DNA of 64,000 nt from IMG/VR virus record IMGVR_UViG_3300003323_000790, positions 16,993-80,992 of that record, one strand, 5' to 3'. Position 1 is the first letter of the stretch; each line of letters starts with the position of its first letter. Made by a program: the position numbers and the translations under genes. The stretch comes from a virus. The notes beneath the pieces were generated by a model. It worked only from the letters and a program-made list of their open reading frames with translations. It did not search any database and had not been told where the DNA came from. Positions 44,877-54,974 of this stretch are shown here, one piece after another.

Positions 44877-46115
44877 TTAGAACAGGTTAGGCACCGCAAC
44901 GCCGACGCGATCGATGAACAGCGTCTGGCGCAAGGTTGCGTCAGCATTGCCCATGTCGCCGTAGGCTTCGTATTCAAACGATAGCATCATGTCGCCGTCC
45001 TTGGCTTCCGCGTTCACCTTGCCCGAGGTCAGGTTGACGCGTGGCAGGCTGAATACATAGCCGTTGCCTGCGGTGTCCTGCACCGACAGAACCACCGAGG
45101 TGTAAGCGTCCGAAATGAACTTGGTGTAGATCGCGGCGTCGGCGAAGTAGACTTCCATCGAACCCTTCACCATGAAGGTGCCCACGCCGATACCTGCGTA
45201 GCCCAGCGTACCGATCGCCTCTTGACCACGCAGGCTATTGTCGATGTCCAAGGTCATCGACTTGATCGCCGTGCCGGTGATCGGCGCACCACCTTCCCAC
45301 ACCTGAGCCACGCCCGACACCGCGTTGGTGATGTCGTAGGGCTTCGAGGCGACGGTCGTGCCTGGCATCGAGGTGACCGTGGTCGGCGCGCCCGACGACT
45401 TGCCCATGAACGAGAAGGTCGCTTCCACCAGTGAGCCCGAGGCAAACGAAGTCGAGAATTTCGACACGGCCATACCAGTGAAGGTGAAGAACTGGCCGAC
45501 GTCGGCTGCGGCACGCTCGAAGGAGAACGTCGGCATCGTCACGCCGTTCGACAGGCGGCTGGACTGGATAGCGCAGTTGGCCACGGCCGAAGCGACAGCT
45601 GCCGGCGTGCCTGCGTCCAGGGTGATCACCGTCGCGGTTGGTGCCGTAACCGTCGAGACGCGCAGCAGTCGGCCATTGTTCGCGTTGCTCGGCGCCAGCA
45701 GGCGGAACCACTGGCCTTTTTTCAGGTTGGTGAACGCATTAGCTCCGGTGGTGGCCACCGAAGCGGTGATGGTGGTGGCGGTGAAGTCCGCAGTGAAGGT
45801 CGTGCCGACACCATTGGTGCCGAACATGACCCAGTCGTTCTGCATCAGGCCGGCGAGCAGCGGATCGTATTCGGCGTACTGCATGTGGACTTTCAGATCA
45901 CCGGCGGCGTTCGCGCTGACCGTGGTGGTGGACGACAGCTGGCGGTCCGAGCGGATCTCTTTGTCGGCCTGCTTGGTCAGGTTCCAGTTGAAGGTCTCGC
46001 CGGTCATGCGCAAATATGCGCCGTTGCCCGAGGTAGGCAACACACCGAAGTCGCTTTCCTTGATGTAGGTTAGCTGGGCACGGTTGGTCGAGGAAAAGTG
46101 GTTAGCAGCGGTCAT
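44877..46115 (-). CDS. major tail tube protein
   Basis: Y.KE..FG..P...LR.TGE...EIRSDRQ...G...YF.D; synteny. Confidence 0.85.
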   Translation of the reverse strand: MTAANHFSSTNRAQLTYIKESDFGVLPTSGNGAYLRMTGETFNWNLTKQADKEIRSDRQLSSTTTVSANAAGDLKVHMQYAEYDPLLAGLMQNDWVMFGTNGVGTTFTADFTATTITASVATTGANAFTNLKKGQWFRLLAPSNANNGRLLRVSTVTAPTATVITLDAGTPAAVASAVANCAIQSSRLSNGVTMPTFSFERAAADVGQFFTFTGMAVSKFSTSFASGSLVEATFSFMGKSSGAPTTVTSMPGTTVASKPYDITNAVSGVAQVWEGGAPITGTAIKSMTLDIDNSLRGQEAIGTLGYAGIGVGTFMVKGSMEVYFADAAIYTKFISDAYTSVVLSVQDTAGNGYVFSLPRVNLTSGKVNAEAKDGDMMLSFEYEAYGDMGNADATLRQTLFIDRVGVAVPNLF

Positions 46116-46184
46116 GGCAGCCTCTCTGGTTGAATTTCAGCAAGTTTAGCAGCGAAATTGTGACAGTTGGGCAAAAAGTATGAC

Positions 46185-46601
46185 CTACTCCCAAATATAG
46201 TAGAACGGAATGATTAACGGCTGGTAATACCACTCCTTCTCCTTGCGTGGCTTCTGCAGGGAAATGGCAAAGCAACGCACCGTAGCAAAATCCTTCATGC
46301 TGAAATATGGTGCGATGAAGTCCAGCAGATCTTCGATGTCACCGGTGCCCTTGCCTTGCTTGGCGGCGATCGCAAGTTGGATTTGTCCGTACTGGCGTGT
46401 GCGCGGCGCAGCGCCAAGGTCGAGCTGCTCCCCGGATAAGTTGATGATCGAGGCGCAGATAAATGGATTCGTTTGACTGGCCAGGTCGACAATGTCCCGG
46501 TTGTCGGTCTCGATCAGCAAGGTGTAGTTTGTCCAGTCTGCCTTGACCTGTGCGAACACTGCGCGGATCTCGCCGGCGGCGGCGGAAAAAGGTGTGCTCA
46601 T
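46185..46601 (-). CDS. tail terminator protein
   Basis: Size and synteny. Confidence 0.6.
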   Translation of the reverse strand: MSTPFSAAAGEIRAVFAQVKADWTNYTLLIETDNRDIVDLASQTNPFICASIINLSGEQLDLGAAPRTRQYGQIQLAIAAKQGKGTGDIEDLLDFIAPYFSMKDFATVRCFAISLQKPRKEKEWYYQPLIIPFYYIWE

Positions 46602-47083
46602 AGGCCGCCTCCAAATCGACTCTGCATGTAAGCCTTGATGGTTTGGCCGCTGCTGATCACATTCTCGGGCCGCAGTGGCCGAGTGACACCATCCGGGCCA
46701 GTCACGTCAGTACCAGTGAAATGCAGCGGTGTCGGATTAACGAAGTAAATTTTATCGTTGTAGCTGAAGGGCTTGCGCACCACCGCCTCGCGCGCGACCA
46801 GGATGGCCGGCGCGTCGCCGGCGCGATGCGGTTGAATCGCTCGCCCAAGGAGGAAGTCCACCTGCGTGGCGTTCTTCTCTGGGCTCTCCACGTAGCTCGG
46901 CATGCTGTCGGCTTGCGTGATGATGCGCCAGTTACTGGTGAAGTCGCCAGAGAACTGGTAGCTCACCAGCAGCATTTCCTCGAACATGTAGTAGACGCGT
47001 TTGCGGTAGGCGCGGTTGCCTCGCTCCACCCAAGCCTTCTTGGTAGCGCCTAGCCATCGCTTGTTGATGGAGATGTTGATCAT
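46598..47083 (-). CDS. tail completion / neck protein
   Basis: SGDF.SNW motif; synteny. Confidence 0.6.
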   Translation of the reverse strand: MINISINKRWLGATKKAWVERGNRAYRKRVYYMFEEMLLVSYQFSGDFTSNWRIITQADSMPSYVESPEKNATQVDFLLGRAIQPHRAGDAPAILVAREAVVRKPFSYNDKIYFVNPTPLHFTGTDVTGPDGVTRPLRPENVISSGQTIKAYMQSRFGGGL

Positions 47084-47904
47084 GCCAGCCTCGTGTTCAA
47101 GGCCCAGCAATCCAGCTCCAGTGCAGCGGTGCGAATGCGGTACTCCGCGCCCAGCCATACGACCGACTGACCTACCTTCGGCGTAACCTCGGCTTGCGGC
47201 ACCAAGAAGACTGTGTCGCCAGGGCGATAGTCGCTGTCCGACTGCACCTCATACCGGTAAAATTTACCCAAGTCCATGCGAATTGCGTGGATCAGGGTAG
47301 AGGTGTCGCTTTCCTTATCCGTGACGGGGTCGATAAGCTTACCGAAAAGGCTGGCCGTGCGTGGCCCGTCATCAAGTTCGTCGCACTCGGCGATCCAAAG
47401 CAATTCTTGTGCCAGATAGGTGTTGCGAATGCGTAACAGCTTGCCAGCTGCGCGCAGGAATTTACCCTTCGCTGGCGCCTCGCTGCCGGCGATGAACACA
47501 TTCCACATGGTGTTGTATTCTGACGACGTCATCGCGTCGAACTGGTCTCGATACCATTCACGCCGAATATAGGCTTGCATGCCGGTCTGTGACAGGCATG
47601 CCTGCGATGGGCTCAGCAAGTTGGCCAGATCGGTCACCTTTTTGAGGTCATAGCTGCGACGGATAGGCTCACCCTTGTAATGATCAAGGTTGTTGGTGCC
47701 GACCAGCCAGTAGTCGTCCAGCGCCTTGACCACGGCGCGCGGTGGTGCCGTAGTGGCCGGGTCGGTGGTCATGGTGCGACGTCGACTGGTCGCGCCGGAC
47801 GAACTGTGGTCGTCATGCGACGCCAACCGTGCATAGAAAAGCAGGCTGTTCGAATACCCGTCGTAGATGGGCGTTTTCGAAAATCGCTGGGCCGACTTAA
47901 GCAT
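47080..47904 (-). CDS. head closure / head-tail joining protein
   Basis: Synteny. Confidence 0.55.
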   Translation of the reverse strand: MLKSAQRFSKTPIYDGYSNSLLFYARLASHDDHSSSGATSRRRTMTTDPATTAPPRAVVKALDDYWLVGTNNLDHYKGEPIRRSYDLKKVTDLANLLSPSQACLSQTGMQAYIRREWYRDQFDAMTSSEYNTMWNVFIAGSEAPAKGKFLRAAGKLLRIRNTYLAQELLWIAECDELDDGPRTASLFGKLIDPVTDKESDTSTLIHAIRMDLGKFYRYEVQSDSDYRPGDTVFLVPQAEVTPKVGQSVVWLGAEYRIRTAALELDCWALNTRLA

Positions 47905-47907
47905 GGT

Positions 47908-48393
47908 TTAGCCCGTCACAGGATCAACGGCAAGGCCTGCCGCGGCGCCGCTGATAGGTGTAGCGGTGCCCAGCACCTCAGCGGCCGGGAACAGGTCCAG
48001 GTAGGCGTCAGTCAGCTTGCTCAGCACGTAGGCCATCGTCGCTTGGATATTCTCGCGCAGGTTCTTGAAGGGGTCGTCCACGCGGATATCCGAGGTGCGG
48101 TCATCCTTCATTTCTTTGAGGGCAAACAGCGGGGCGCTGGTCACCAGCTGCAGCGCGACGGCGTAAGTGGCGTAGAGACCTGCCAGGTCGATCAGGTGCT
48201 GCTGGTCGGCGGTCGGCGTGCCTGCGATCAGTGCGTCCAGGTCCGTCTTGAAGGTCGGGCCGACGCTACGCAGCGCGGCGCCCATGGCCACCTCATATAG
48301 CTTGAGGTTCAGGGTGTCGTCCGAAATGTCGTCGCTAGACACGCCGATGGCGGCGCGCACTTGATCGACGTCGGTATAGGGAGTGAGGGCCAT
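47908..48393 (-). CDS. head-tail adaptor
   Basis: YT....VRA.IGVS..DI.D; GGAG SD; synteny. Confidence 0.6.
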   Translation of the reverse strand: MALTPYTDVDQVRAAIGVSSDDISDDTLNLKLYEVAMGAALRSVGPTFKTDLDALIAGTPTADQQHLIDLAGLYATYAVALQLVTSAPLFALKEMKDDRTSDIRVDDPFKNLRENIQATMAYVLSKLTDAYLDLFPAAEVLGTATPISGAAAGLAVDPVTG

Positions 48394-48420
48394 GAGATGC
48401 TCCAGAGCAGGATTTCTCTC

Positions 48421-48449
48421 ATTATGGCACGCTCTTTGCTACAAAGCAA
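48421..48449 (-). promoter_or_regulatory. sigma70-like promoter, GCAA-spacer class
   Basis: TTGCTT-17-CATAAT; opposite strand reads TGGCACGCTCTTTGCT. Confidence 0.7.
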
Positions 48450-48478
48450 AAACCGGACCAATGGTCCGGTTTTTGCTT
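48444..48478. terminator. long perfect inverted repeat / bidirectional terminator
   Basis: AAGCAAAAACCGGACCA-A-TGGTCCGGTTTTTGCTT. Confidence 0.8.
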
Positions 48479-48881
48479 ACTTCTTGCCTTTTGGCTCGGC
48501 TGGCGCCGGGGCCGGTTCGGTGGCAGGCTCGGTGGCAGGCTCGGCTGGGGCCGGTGGCTCGCTCAAGGCTGGTGCGTCCGGGTGGGCCTCGTTATAGGCT
48601 TCCCGCAGAGTGGTCATGTCCTTGGTGACGTTCGGCTCCTGTACCAGCGCCAGCACGCCTTGGTCTTCGTCGTCGGTCTTGAGCATGACGGGCTGATCGA
48701 TCATCCACTGCGTCGGGTTGATCTTGTACTTGATGCCCGGCTCGAAAGGGAAATTGGTCTGGTTCTCCGGACCGGCTTCCTGATCTTGGTGGACCTTGCG
48801 GGTCGGGTCGACCATACGATATGCCGCAGTGTTGATGTACCACTGTGCATTAGGTCCAGTGTCAATTACCTTGAGCTCCAT
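48477..48881 (-). CDS. hypothetical head-module protein with PA(T)E repeat tail
   Basis: AGGAG SD; PAPAEPATEPATEPAPAPAEP. Confidence 0.7.
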   Translation of the reverse strand: MELKVIDTGPNAQWYINTAAYRMVDPTRKVHQDQEAGPENQTNFPFEPGIKYKINPTQWMIDQPVMLKTDDEDQGVLALVQEPNVTKDMTTLREAYNEAHPDAPALSEPPAPAEPATEPATEPAPAPAEPKGKK

Positions 48882-48988
48882 GATTTCTTACTCCTGTGGT
48901 GGGTGATTTCAGGGAAGATACAGTAGGTCTTGTTTTTCCGCAAGTGACATGCTAGAGTGTCTTTACATTCACTTTCGTGGAGATTTAT

Positions 48989-49141
48989 ATGAGTACCTTA
49001 ATTAATTTCCGAGTGTCGCCGGAGCTGTTAGAAGAGGCTAAAGCACTAGCAGCTTCGATGGACCGCTCACTCGCTTGGGTGATCAGGGACTTGCTGAAGA
49101 AAGCAATCGCCGCTTCGGAGGAGAAGAGTGATGCCCAGTAA
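48989..49141 (+). CDS. ribbon-helix-helix (Arc/CopG-like) protein, 50 aa, absent from ORF track
   Basis: GGAG SD; MSTLINFRVSPELLEEAKALAASMDRSLAWVIRDLLKKAI. Confidence 0.8.
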   Translation: MSTLINFRVSPELLEEAKALAASMDRSLAWVIRDLLKKAIAASEEKSDAQ

Positions 49142-50120
49142 CTACCGCACCGAAGATCCTGCAGATGTCTTGGCTGTCGGCCAGTGGGCTCCACTGGCCG
49201 ACGCCGCAAGGCGTGTGCCCTGCGGCGCCGGCTTATACATCGTAAGGCACAGGGCGTCTGGCAAAGAGTATGTCGGCCTCAGTAAGAATGTCTACACTCG
49301 GCTGGACTCTCATCGCCGAGCTGCTTCGGGGTCGTTCCTTCACCGCGCAATCCGCTGCTATGGTGTAGACGCCTTCGAGGCGTGCTTATACATTCAGGCA
49401 GAGCCAGACGATCTCGGCGAGCTGGAACGCATGCTAATCGAAGAGCGTAACACTGCCGCTCCGAACGGATACAATCTGACCCTTGGTGGAGACGGTCTCT
49501 GGGGCTACACTCCTTCAACCGAAACCCGGCAGAAACTGCGCATGGCGCTTCTGGGTCGAGAAGTGTCGGAGTCCGTACGTCTAGCGGTCGCTGAGTCCAA
49601 TCGGCGTCGGGGTCAGACACCTGAAGCACGTGCAAAGATAGCCGCCTATGGCAGGACCAGAACTGCTTCGCCAGAAACACGGGCGAAGATGAGCCGGTCG
49701 CAGATGGGCCACGCGATCACTGAAGAAACCAAGCGGAAAATCGCCGCAACAAAAATCGGTATCCCACTCTCAGAAGAGCATCGACGTAAAATGTCGGAAG
49801 CCTTGAAGGGTCGCATAATCTCTGAGGAACACTGTCGAAACCTCAGCGCCGCGCTGAAAGGCAAGCCCAGGTCTGCCGAGGCTCGCGCAGCTTACTGTCT
49901 AGCTAAACAGAGACAGTTACGAGACGATCCCGCAACGTTCAGCCACCTGAACGGCGGCGGTGCTCGGCCGGTGGTTGTCACCGAACTTGATGGACAAGAG
50001 TTAGAATTCACGTCAGGCAAAGCTGCCAGCATCCACTATGGGCTTGGTCGGCACTACGTGCCCGTCAGTATTCGGATTGGGCGTAAACTGCCTGGAGGGC
50101 AGAGCGTACGGTGGAAATAA
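49131..50120 (+). CDS. GIY-YIG homing endonuclease with NUMOD3 repeats
   Basis: GLY.V....GKEYVG.S.N...R...H, NGYNLT.GG, repeated S.E.R.KMS motifs. Confidence 0.9.
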   Translation: MPSNYRTEDPADVLAVGQWAPLADAARRVPCGAGLYIVRHRASGKEYVGLSKNVYTRLDSHRRAASGSFLHRAIRCYGVDAFEACLYIQAEPDDLGELERMLIEERNTAAPNGYNLTLGGDGLWGYTPSTETRQKLRMALLGREVSESVRLAVAESNRRRGQTPEARAKIAAYGRTRTASPETRAKMSRSQMGHAITEETKRKIAATKIGIPLSEEHRRKMSEALKGRIISEEHCRNLSAALKGKPRSAEARAAYCLAKQRQLRDDPATFSHLNGGGARPVVVTELDGQELEFTSGKAASIHYGLGRHYVPVSIRIGRKLPGGQSVRWK

Positions 50121-50148
50121 AACAGCCCGCCGAAGCAGGCTGTTTCTT
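50119..50148. terminator. terminator between convergent GIY-YIG and capsid genes
   Basis: AAACAGCC(C)GC-CGAA-GCAGGCTGTTT plus T-rich tail. Confidence 0.7.
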
Positions 50149-50161
50149 TACTTTCAACGGC

Positions 50162-51403
50162 TTACGAGATAGTAAGCACGTCAAAAGGAGTCAGATCATT
50201 GTCAGAATATAAACGTGCGACCTCTTCCGACCAGTGCCAGACGGCCGTGGTCGTGCGCTTGAGTGCAAACGCTTCCGAGGCTTGGTAATCCGCTTCAGTG
50301 TTCTTCAGGAACATGAACGCTTGCGCCTTGTCCAGCGCCCACACGGTGTTCGCTGGCACTGGGCCGCCGTCGGTCGCAGCATCCACGATCACCCACTGCA
50401 CGTCGCCGCCAAAGGTCGGGTTGCCCGGCAACAGTTGAGGGTCAATACGGGCCAGGGTCGGGTCGTAGTTGTTCGTGCCTGGGCGGCCCGTGCGGGACTC
50501 AATCTTGAGATAGGAGTCCAGATCCGCTATTACGTGAGTGATGCGGCGTTTCTTGCGATTGCGGGCCAGGAACTTCAGCCAGGCCTTGTGGGTCATCACG
50601 CCGCCGGTGGCATTGCTGTCCAGCGAGTTCGAGGTGACGGCCGACACGGCGCCGATGTTCATGTCCAGGTCGCCGGCGAACAAGTTGGTCAGGTAGCGGT
50701 ACGCGCGCTTGTCTTTCTCGATTTGCATGAAGCGAGAAATTGTCAGAGTGAAAAGATCCAGGGTTGTATTTTTTACAGCATCATCGGTCATTTCGACGCC
50801 GATACCGTAGGTTGGGATCTTTTTGTAGCGATCCGACGTGCCCAGGAACAGAACGACCGGCACGTTGGCGCCTTGCACGAAGCGCGACTCGCCTGCACCG
50901 AAGGCGCCGGTGTTGGCACCGCCTGCGTTCTGGTAGCTCAGCACAGGTTGGGTGAAGGTCGAGCCGATGATCGGCACGGTCATCGCAGCCATCGCCTGCA
51001 CGTTGGCGTAGTCGGTCACGCGATCAGGCTGGATCGAGTCTTCGATCGCCTGGATCACGAAAGCTGGGAACAGCGAACGCGACTGCACACCGAACGGATC
51101 GGTTTTGCGGCCCACGTTGGTTGCTGCTTGCACGCCAGCCTTACCTTCGAAGATATCGTGCAGCGAGACCGAACCGGTGCCGGTGCCGAAGTAGTCTTTC
51201 TGGGTCGACAGCTGCAAGCCGTTCGAAGCGCAGATCTGCTCGAACGCCGAGCCGTACGCGCGGTCGGCGTCCGGGAACATACGGTTGATTAGCTGCGGTA
51301 CGGTGACGCGAGCGGTTGCCGCTTCACTGTACAGGTGGGCGTGGATCTTGTCGTCCGGGATTTCTTGGCGGCCGCCAGTGGCCGCGTCCATGATGAAAGT
51401 CAT
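50162..51403 (-). CDS. major capsid protein
   Basis: Size 413 aa, AAGGAG SD, synteny after protease and decoration genes. Confidence 0.8.
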   Translation of the reverse strand: MTFIMDAATGGRQEIPDDKIHAHLYSEAATARVTVPQLINRMFPDADRAYGSAFEQICASNGLQLSTQKDYFGTGTGSVSLHDIFEGKAGVQAATNVGRKTDPFGVQSRSLFPAFVIQAIEDSIQPDRVTDYANVQAMAAMTVPIIGSTFTQPVLSYQNAGGANTGAFGAGESRFVQGANVPVVLFLGTSDRYKKIPTYGIGVEMTDDAVKNTTLDLFTLTISRFMQIEKDKRAYRYLTNLFAGDLDMNIGAVSAVTSNSLDSNATGGVMTHKAWLKFLARNRKKRRITHVIADLDSYLKIESRTGRPGTNNYDPTLARIDPQLLPGNPTFGGDVQWVIVDAATDGGPVPANTVWALDKAQAFMFLKNTEADYQASEAFALKRTTTAVWHWSEEVARLYSDNDLTPFDVLTIS

Positions 51404-51418
51404 TTTATTTCTCCTTGA

Positions 51419-51958
51419 TTACAGTTTGCGGCCGACAGGGGCGATCACGATCAGGGTGCCGACGGCGCCGGTGCCAACTGGACCGAGCGAGACGACACGC
51501 CATGCGCCAGCGCGCAGCAGATCGGCTTGGCGACCAGCGCCCGCTAGGTCGGCAGGAGCTACGCCCAGCTGCACAGTCGACTTGCAGACCTTCGCGTATG
51601 GGGCGGTGGACGACAGGGCGGTGTTGCGCGCCACGACGGTGCCGACGCAGACATAATCGCCTACGGCCAGGGTGCCGGTGCCCGGCGTGGCCTGCAAGCC
51701 GTCGGCAATCGCGAAGATGCGGTCACGGTCGGCAATGTTGCCGATGGTGAAGCCGCCCGAAGTGGCTTCGTCGATCTTGGCCACGACCGCTTCGATCGGG
51801 TCACCTGCGGCGGCCAGGTCATACTGCGATTCGCTGGTGGACAGCTTCACGAACTTCCACAGATCGGTGTAGTTGAAGGTGGTGGCCGTGCCGCCCAGAC
51901 GGACGGTGACCATGTCCGACGATGGGCCAGTCGGCTGGATGCGGTGTGCTTGCGACAT
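51419..51958 (-). CDS. head decoration / cement protein
   Basis: Synteny between protease and capsid; Gly/Ala/Val beta-rich. Confidence 0.65.
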   Translation of the reverse strand: MSQAHRIQPTGPSSDMVTVRLGGTATTFNYTDLWKFVKLSTSESQYDLAAAGDPIEAVVAKIDEATSGGFTIGNIADRDRIFAIADGLQATPGTGTLAVGDYVCVGTVVARNTALSSTAPYAKVCKSTVQLGVAPADLAGAGRQADLLRAGAWRVVSLGPVGTGAVGTLIVIAPVGRKL

Positions 51959-51969
51959 GATGTTGCTCC

Positions 51970-53433
51970 TTATTTAGCGGCACGGGCCGCAGCAGCGCGG
52001 GCCAGCTGTTCAAACTGCGGGGATACCTGAACCTTGGTATTCTTGTCGTCGGTCTTCGCTGCGGCTGCAGCGGCGCCGCCGATCGGGAAGGCGGCCTCGA
52101 AGGCGGCCTTGGCTTTCGGGTATTCGGCGATCACGGTGGCAGCGTCCATCGCGGCTGCGGCGTCTTTCGAACCACCCATCGGGATGTACATTTTGGTGAT
52201 GCCTTCGCGGGCCAGCGCCAACAGGCCGGAATGGGTTGCTTCCATCGCGGTCATCTTGGCCTTCAGGGTCGCGTTTTCGGCGGCCAGGCGGGTGGCTTCC
52301 TCGGTCTTGGCGGTCACCTGGGCGATCAGCTGCGCGGTAACGTCCGGCGGCGCGGCGGCTGGATTTGCGGCCAGCTTCGCGGCGGCCTCGGCGGCGGCCT
52401 TTGCGGCAGCTTCGTTCGCGGCGGCGAGCGCAGCCGCTTGGCCTTTGTCGTCCGCGGCGGCGGCAGCGGTTTCAGCGCGTACGGCTTCGTGGTGGGCTGC
52501 GATCTGCTCGGCGGAGAAACCCAAGGATTCCAGGGTCGCGCCGGCGGCGATGGCAGCTACTTGCGTTTCGTTCAGAGTGATTTTCATGGCAGCACCTTTT
52601 GAATTGGAGGAAGTATCTTTCTTGACAGAATTCTTGTCAAGCAATTTTAATGCCTGCTCGAAATTTGCAACGCGATCAACCAAGCCGGCCTTCACGGCAG
52701 CCTGCCCGAGGAAGGTTCGACCATCGGTTGCAGTTTCGAGTTGTTTGGCCGTCAGGTTCGGGCGGCCGGCCTGGACTTGCGCGACGAACATGTCGTGCAG
52801 CTGCCCAAGTTGTTCGAGAGCGTAGGCTTCAGCTTCGCTGCTGAGCGGCTCGTAGGCGTTCATGCGTGCCTTCATCGGCACGCTGCGCAGCACCTTGACG
52901 GTCACGCCCGCGTCGGCCAGTTGCTTGCTGCGTTCCATTGCGATTTGCAGCACGCCGATCGAGCCGATCTCGGCCGTCGGGCCGGCGGTCTTGAGGCCAT
53001 TGATGGAGCTCATCAGCCAGTAGCCGGCGCTGCCAACTAAGCTGGAGCCGTGCGCGGCTGATGGCTTGGCCTTGGACACGGCGCCCAGCAGATTGCCAAG
53101 GTCGGCCACGCCTGCCACTTCGCCGCCTGGCGAGGTGATGTGGAACATGATCTGCTTGACTTCGGGATCGGCGGAGATTTCCGCCACTGCGTTGGCGATG
53201 TCGGCGTAGCCTAGCACGCCGAACAGCTGGCCCCAGCCGGCCGAGCCGTTAATGAGGCTGCCCTTGATGTTCATGACGGCCGTGCTGCCCACTTTCTGCC
53301 ACAGAGGCGGCAGGTCAGTTTTTGCCGGGCTGGCATCCCAACGCCCGGCCAGACGGCCTTCAGCCACCATCTTCATGGTGGCCTGGGCGCTTTCAAATGA
53401 GGCTTCAGTGCCGAGCCAGTATTGGTAGTTCAT
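51970..53433 (-). CDS. prohead protease (S49) fused to scaffold
   Basis: ITSPGG.V.G, GSAGYWL, EIGSIGV; Ala-rich helical C-terminal half. Confidence 0.9.
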   Translation of the reverse strand: MNYQYWLGTEASFESAQATMKMVAEGRLAGRWDASPAKTDLPPLWQKVGSTAVMNIKGSLINGSAGWGQLFGVLGYADIANAVAEISADPEVKQIMFHITSPGGEVAGVADLGNLLGAVSKAKPSAAHGSSLVGSAGYWLMSSINGLKTAGPTAEIGSIGVLQIAMERSKQLADAGVTVKVLRSVPMKARMNAYEPLSSEAEAYALEQLGQLHDMFVAQVQAGRPNLTAKQLETATDGRTFLGQAAVKAGLVDRVANFEQALKLLDKNSVKKDTSSNSKGAAMKITLNETQVAAIAAGATLESLGFSAEQIAAHHEAVRAETAAAAADDKGQAAALAAANEAAAKAAAEAAAKLAANPAAAPPDVTAQLIAQVTAKTEEATRLAAENATLKAKMTAMEATHSGLLALAREGITKMYIPMGGSKDAAAAMDAATVIAEYPKAKAAFEAAFPIGGAAAAAAKTDDKNTKVQVSPQFEQLARAAAARAAK

Positions 53434-54965
53434 TGCTTGGTCCCTTTCGGCGCCTGCGCCGGCTTATTACGGTTGCTTCCGATATTCGAGGTGGTGCTGG
53501 TGGCGTTCGGATCGGCGTTAGGGTCGGCCGGCGCGGCGCCGTCCATGAAGTAGGTGCCCGAGCGCGGCTTGAATCCGGGTGTCGGCAGCGCGCCCGTTGT
53601 GCGCAAGCAGTATTCCTCGTCGGTGATGTAGCCGTCCGACAGCTTCTGGCGCCAGAACGCGTCTTCCATCTGGCGATAGGCCCACAGTTCGCTCTTCGGG
53701 CGCAGCTCGATCTCGTCATAGATGAACTCGACCGTCACGTCCAGGCCCATCAAGCGGCAGGCCAAGGTGAGCCACTTGCTGTGTAGCTCCATCAGCTTGA
53801 CGCGGATCATACCGTTCACGGAGGCCAGGAACATCTGGACTTCCGCGTTGGCCGCTGAGGCGCTGCTGGCGCCGGTGCCGAGCACGGAAGCCGGCGTCTT
53901 GGTGGCCACGGCGATCTTGCTCGTGTAGATGTCCGGGATCGTGTTGAGCAGCTCGGGCGTGTCGGTCTGGTCGCCTTCGATGTAGGTGACTTTGAAAAAG
54001 TCGTAGTGCACCAGCGCGTCTTCCACGCCCAGTGTCTCGATCAGCGAGGTCAGCTCCTGCAGCTGCTGATCCATCCAGGCCTTGTGCTTGGTCGGGTCGA
54101 CCGCGATCTGCGGTGGCACACGCTTGGTCAGCTTCTCTTCGTCGATGCTGATGTCGAAGCGCTTGTAGATGTGCCGCGCGCACAGCCGGCGCAAGTCGGA
54201 TAAGAAGGTTGCCGAGGCCAAGGTTGGCTGGATGGCGCTTTCCATCGGGCTCTGCGGGTAGGCGTCCAGCAGGTCCGGGTCCACCGCGACGCGGAAATAG
54301 GTCGGCACGTCGAGGTCGATCTCGTCGCCGCCGATGCGCTGCACTGGCTTGATCGCCTTGTCGTCTTCGTAGAAGTAGACGTGCTCTTCGGCCACCGGCT
54401 GCAGTGCGAACGGCATGCGCTGCTTGTCTAGCACCAGCTCAAGGCCGGCCGCGCCGTTTTGCCACAGCTGGATGCCCAAGGCCTCATCTACGCTGCGCAT
54501 GCTGGCGACGTGGCTAAAACCATTCTCGTAGTCCGAGATGTAGTTCATGCGGCCGAGAAGCTGCAGCGCCAGGCGCGTGGCGTCCACGTTGAAGCTGTTG
54601 TCCGGATTGCGCGCGATGGCGATCCGGCCTTCCGGAATGCCTAGGCGGATGTGCGCCGCCCGGCTGGCGGCCATTTCCGGCACCGCGCGCGTCAGGTTGC
54701 GGATGATGGTGACATTGTCCGCGCCGGTGCGATAGGTGCTGGTGATGTCGACGTTCGCTACATCGAAGCTTTTCTTGGCGATGCGCGCAGGGTTCGGCGC
54801 CGTGTTGGTCCGCCAGTCTGGATACGTCTCGCCGCCCGGTGCGGTCGGCTTTGGCGGTGCGATGGGCGGAAGTTGCGTTGCCGCCAGGCGATCAGGCTTA
54901 CTGGCCCGATCCTTGGGAGGATCGGGCAACATGAAGGTTCCGATGGCTTTGAGCAATTTTCGCAT
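53430..54965 (-). CDS. portal protein
   Basis: 511 aa between terminase and protease. Confidence 0.8.
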   Translation of the reverse strand: MRKLLKAIGTFMLPDPPKDRASKPDRLAATQLPPIAPPKPTAPGGETYPDWRTNTAPNPARIAKKSFDVANVDITSTYRTGADNVTIIRNLTRAVPEMAASRAAHIRLGIPEGRIAIARNPDNSFNVDATRLALQLLGRMNYISDYENGFSHVASMRSVDEALGIQLWQNGAAGLELVLDKQRMPFALQPVAEEHVYFYEDDKAIKPVQRIGGDEIDLDVPTYFRVAVDPDLLDAYPQSPMESAIQPTLASATFLSDLRRLCARHIYKRFDISIDEEKLTKRVPPQIAVDPTKHKAWMDQQLQELTSLIETLGVEDALVHYDFFKVTYIEGDQTDTPELLNTIPDIYTSKIAVATKTPASVLGTGASSASAANAEVQMFLASVNGMIRVKLMELHSKWLTLACRLMGLDVTVEFIYDEIELRPKSELWAYRQMEDAFWRQKLSDGYITDEEYCLRTTGALPTPGFKPRSGTYFMDGAAPADPNADPNATSTTSNIGSNRNKPAQAPKGTKQ

Positions 54966-54974
54966 AATGGGCGC

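Noticed and set aside
48500-48560. GGCTCGGTGGCA-type short tandem repeats
   Set aside because: They simply encode the PATE linker of the 48477-48881 protein
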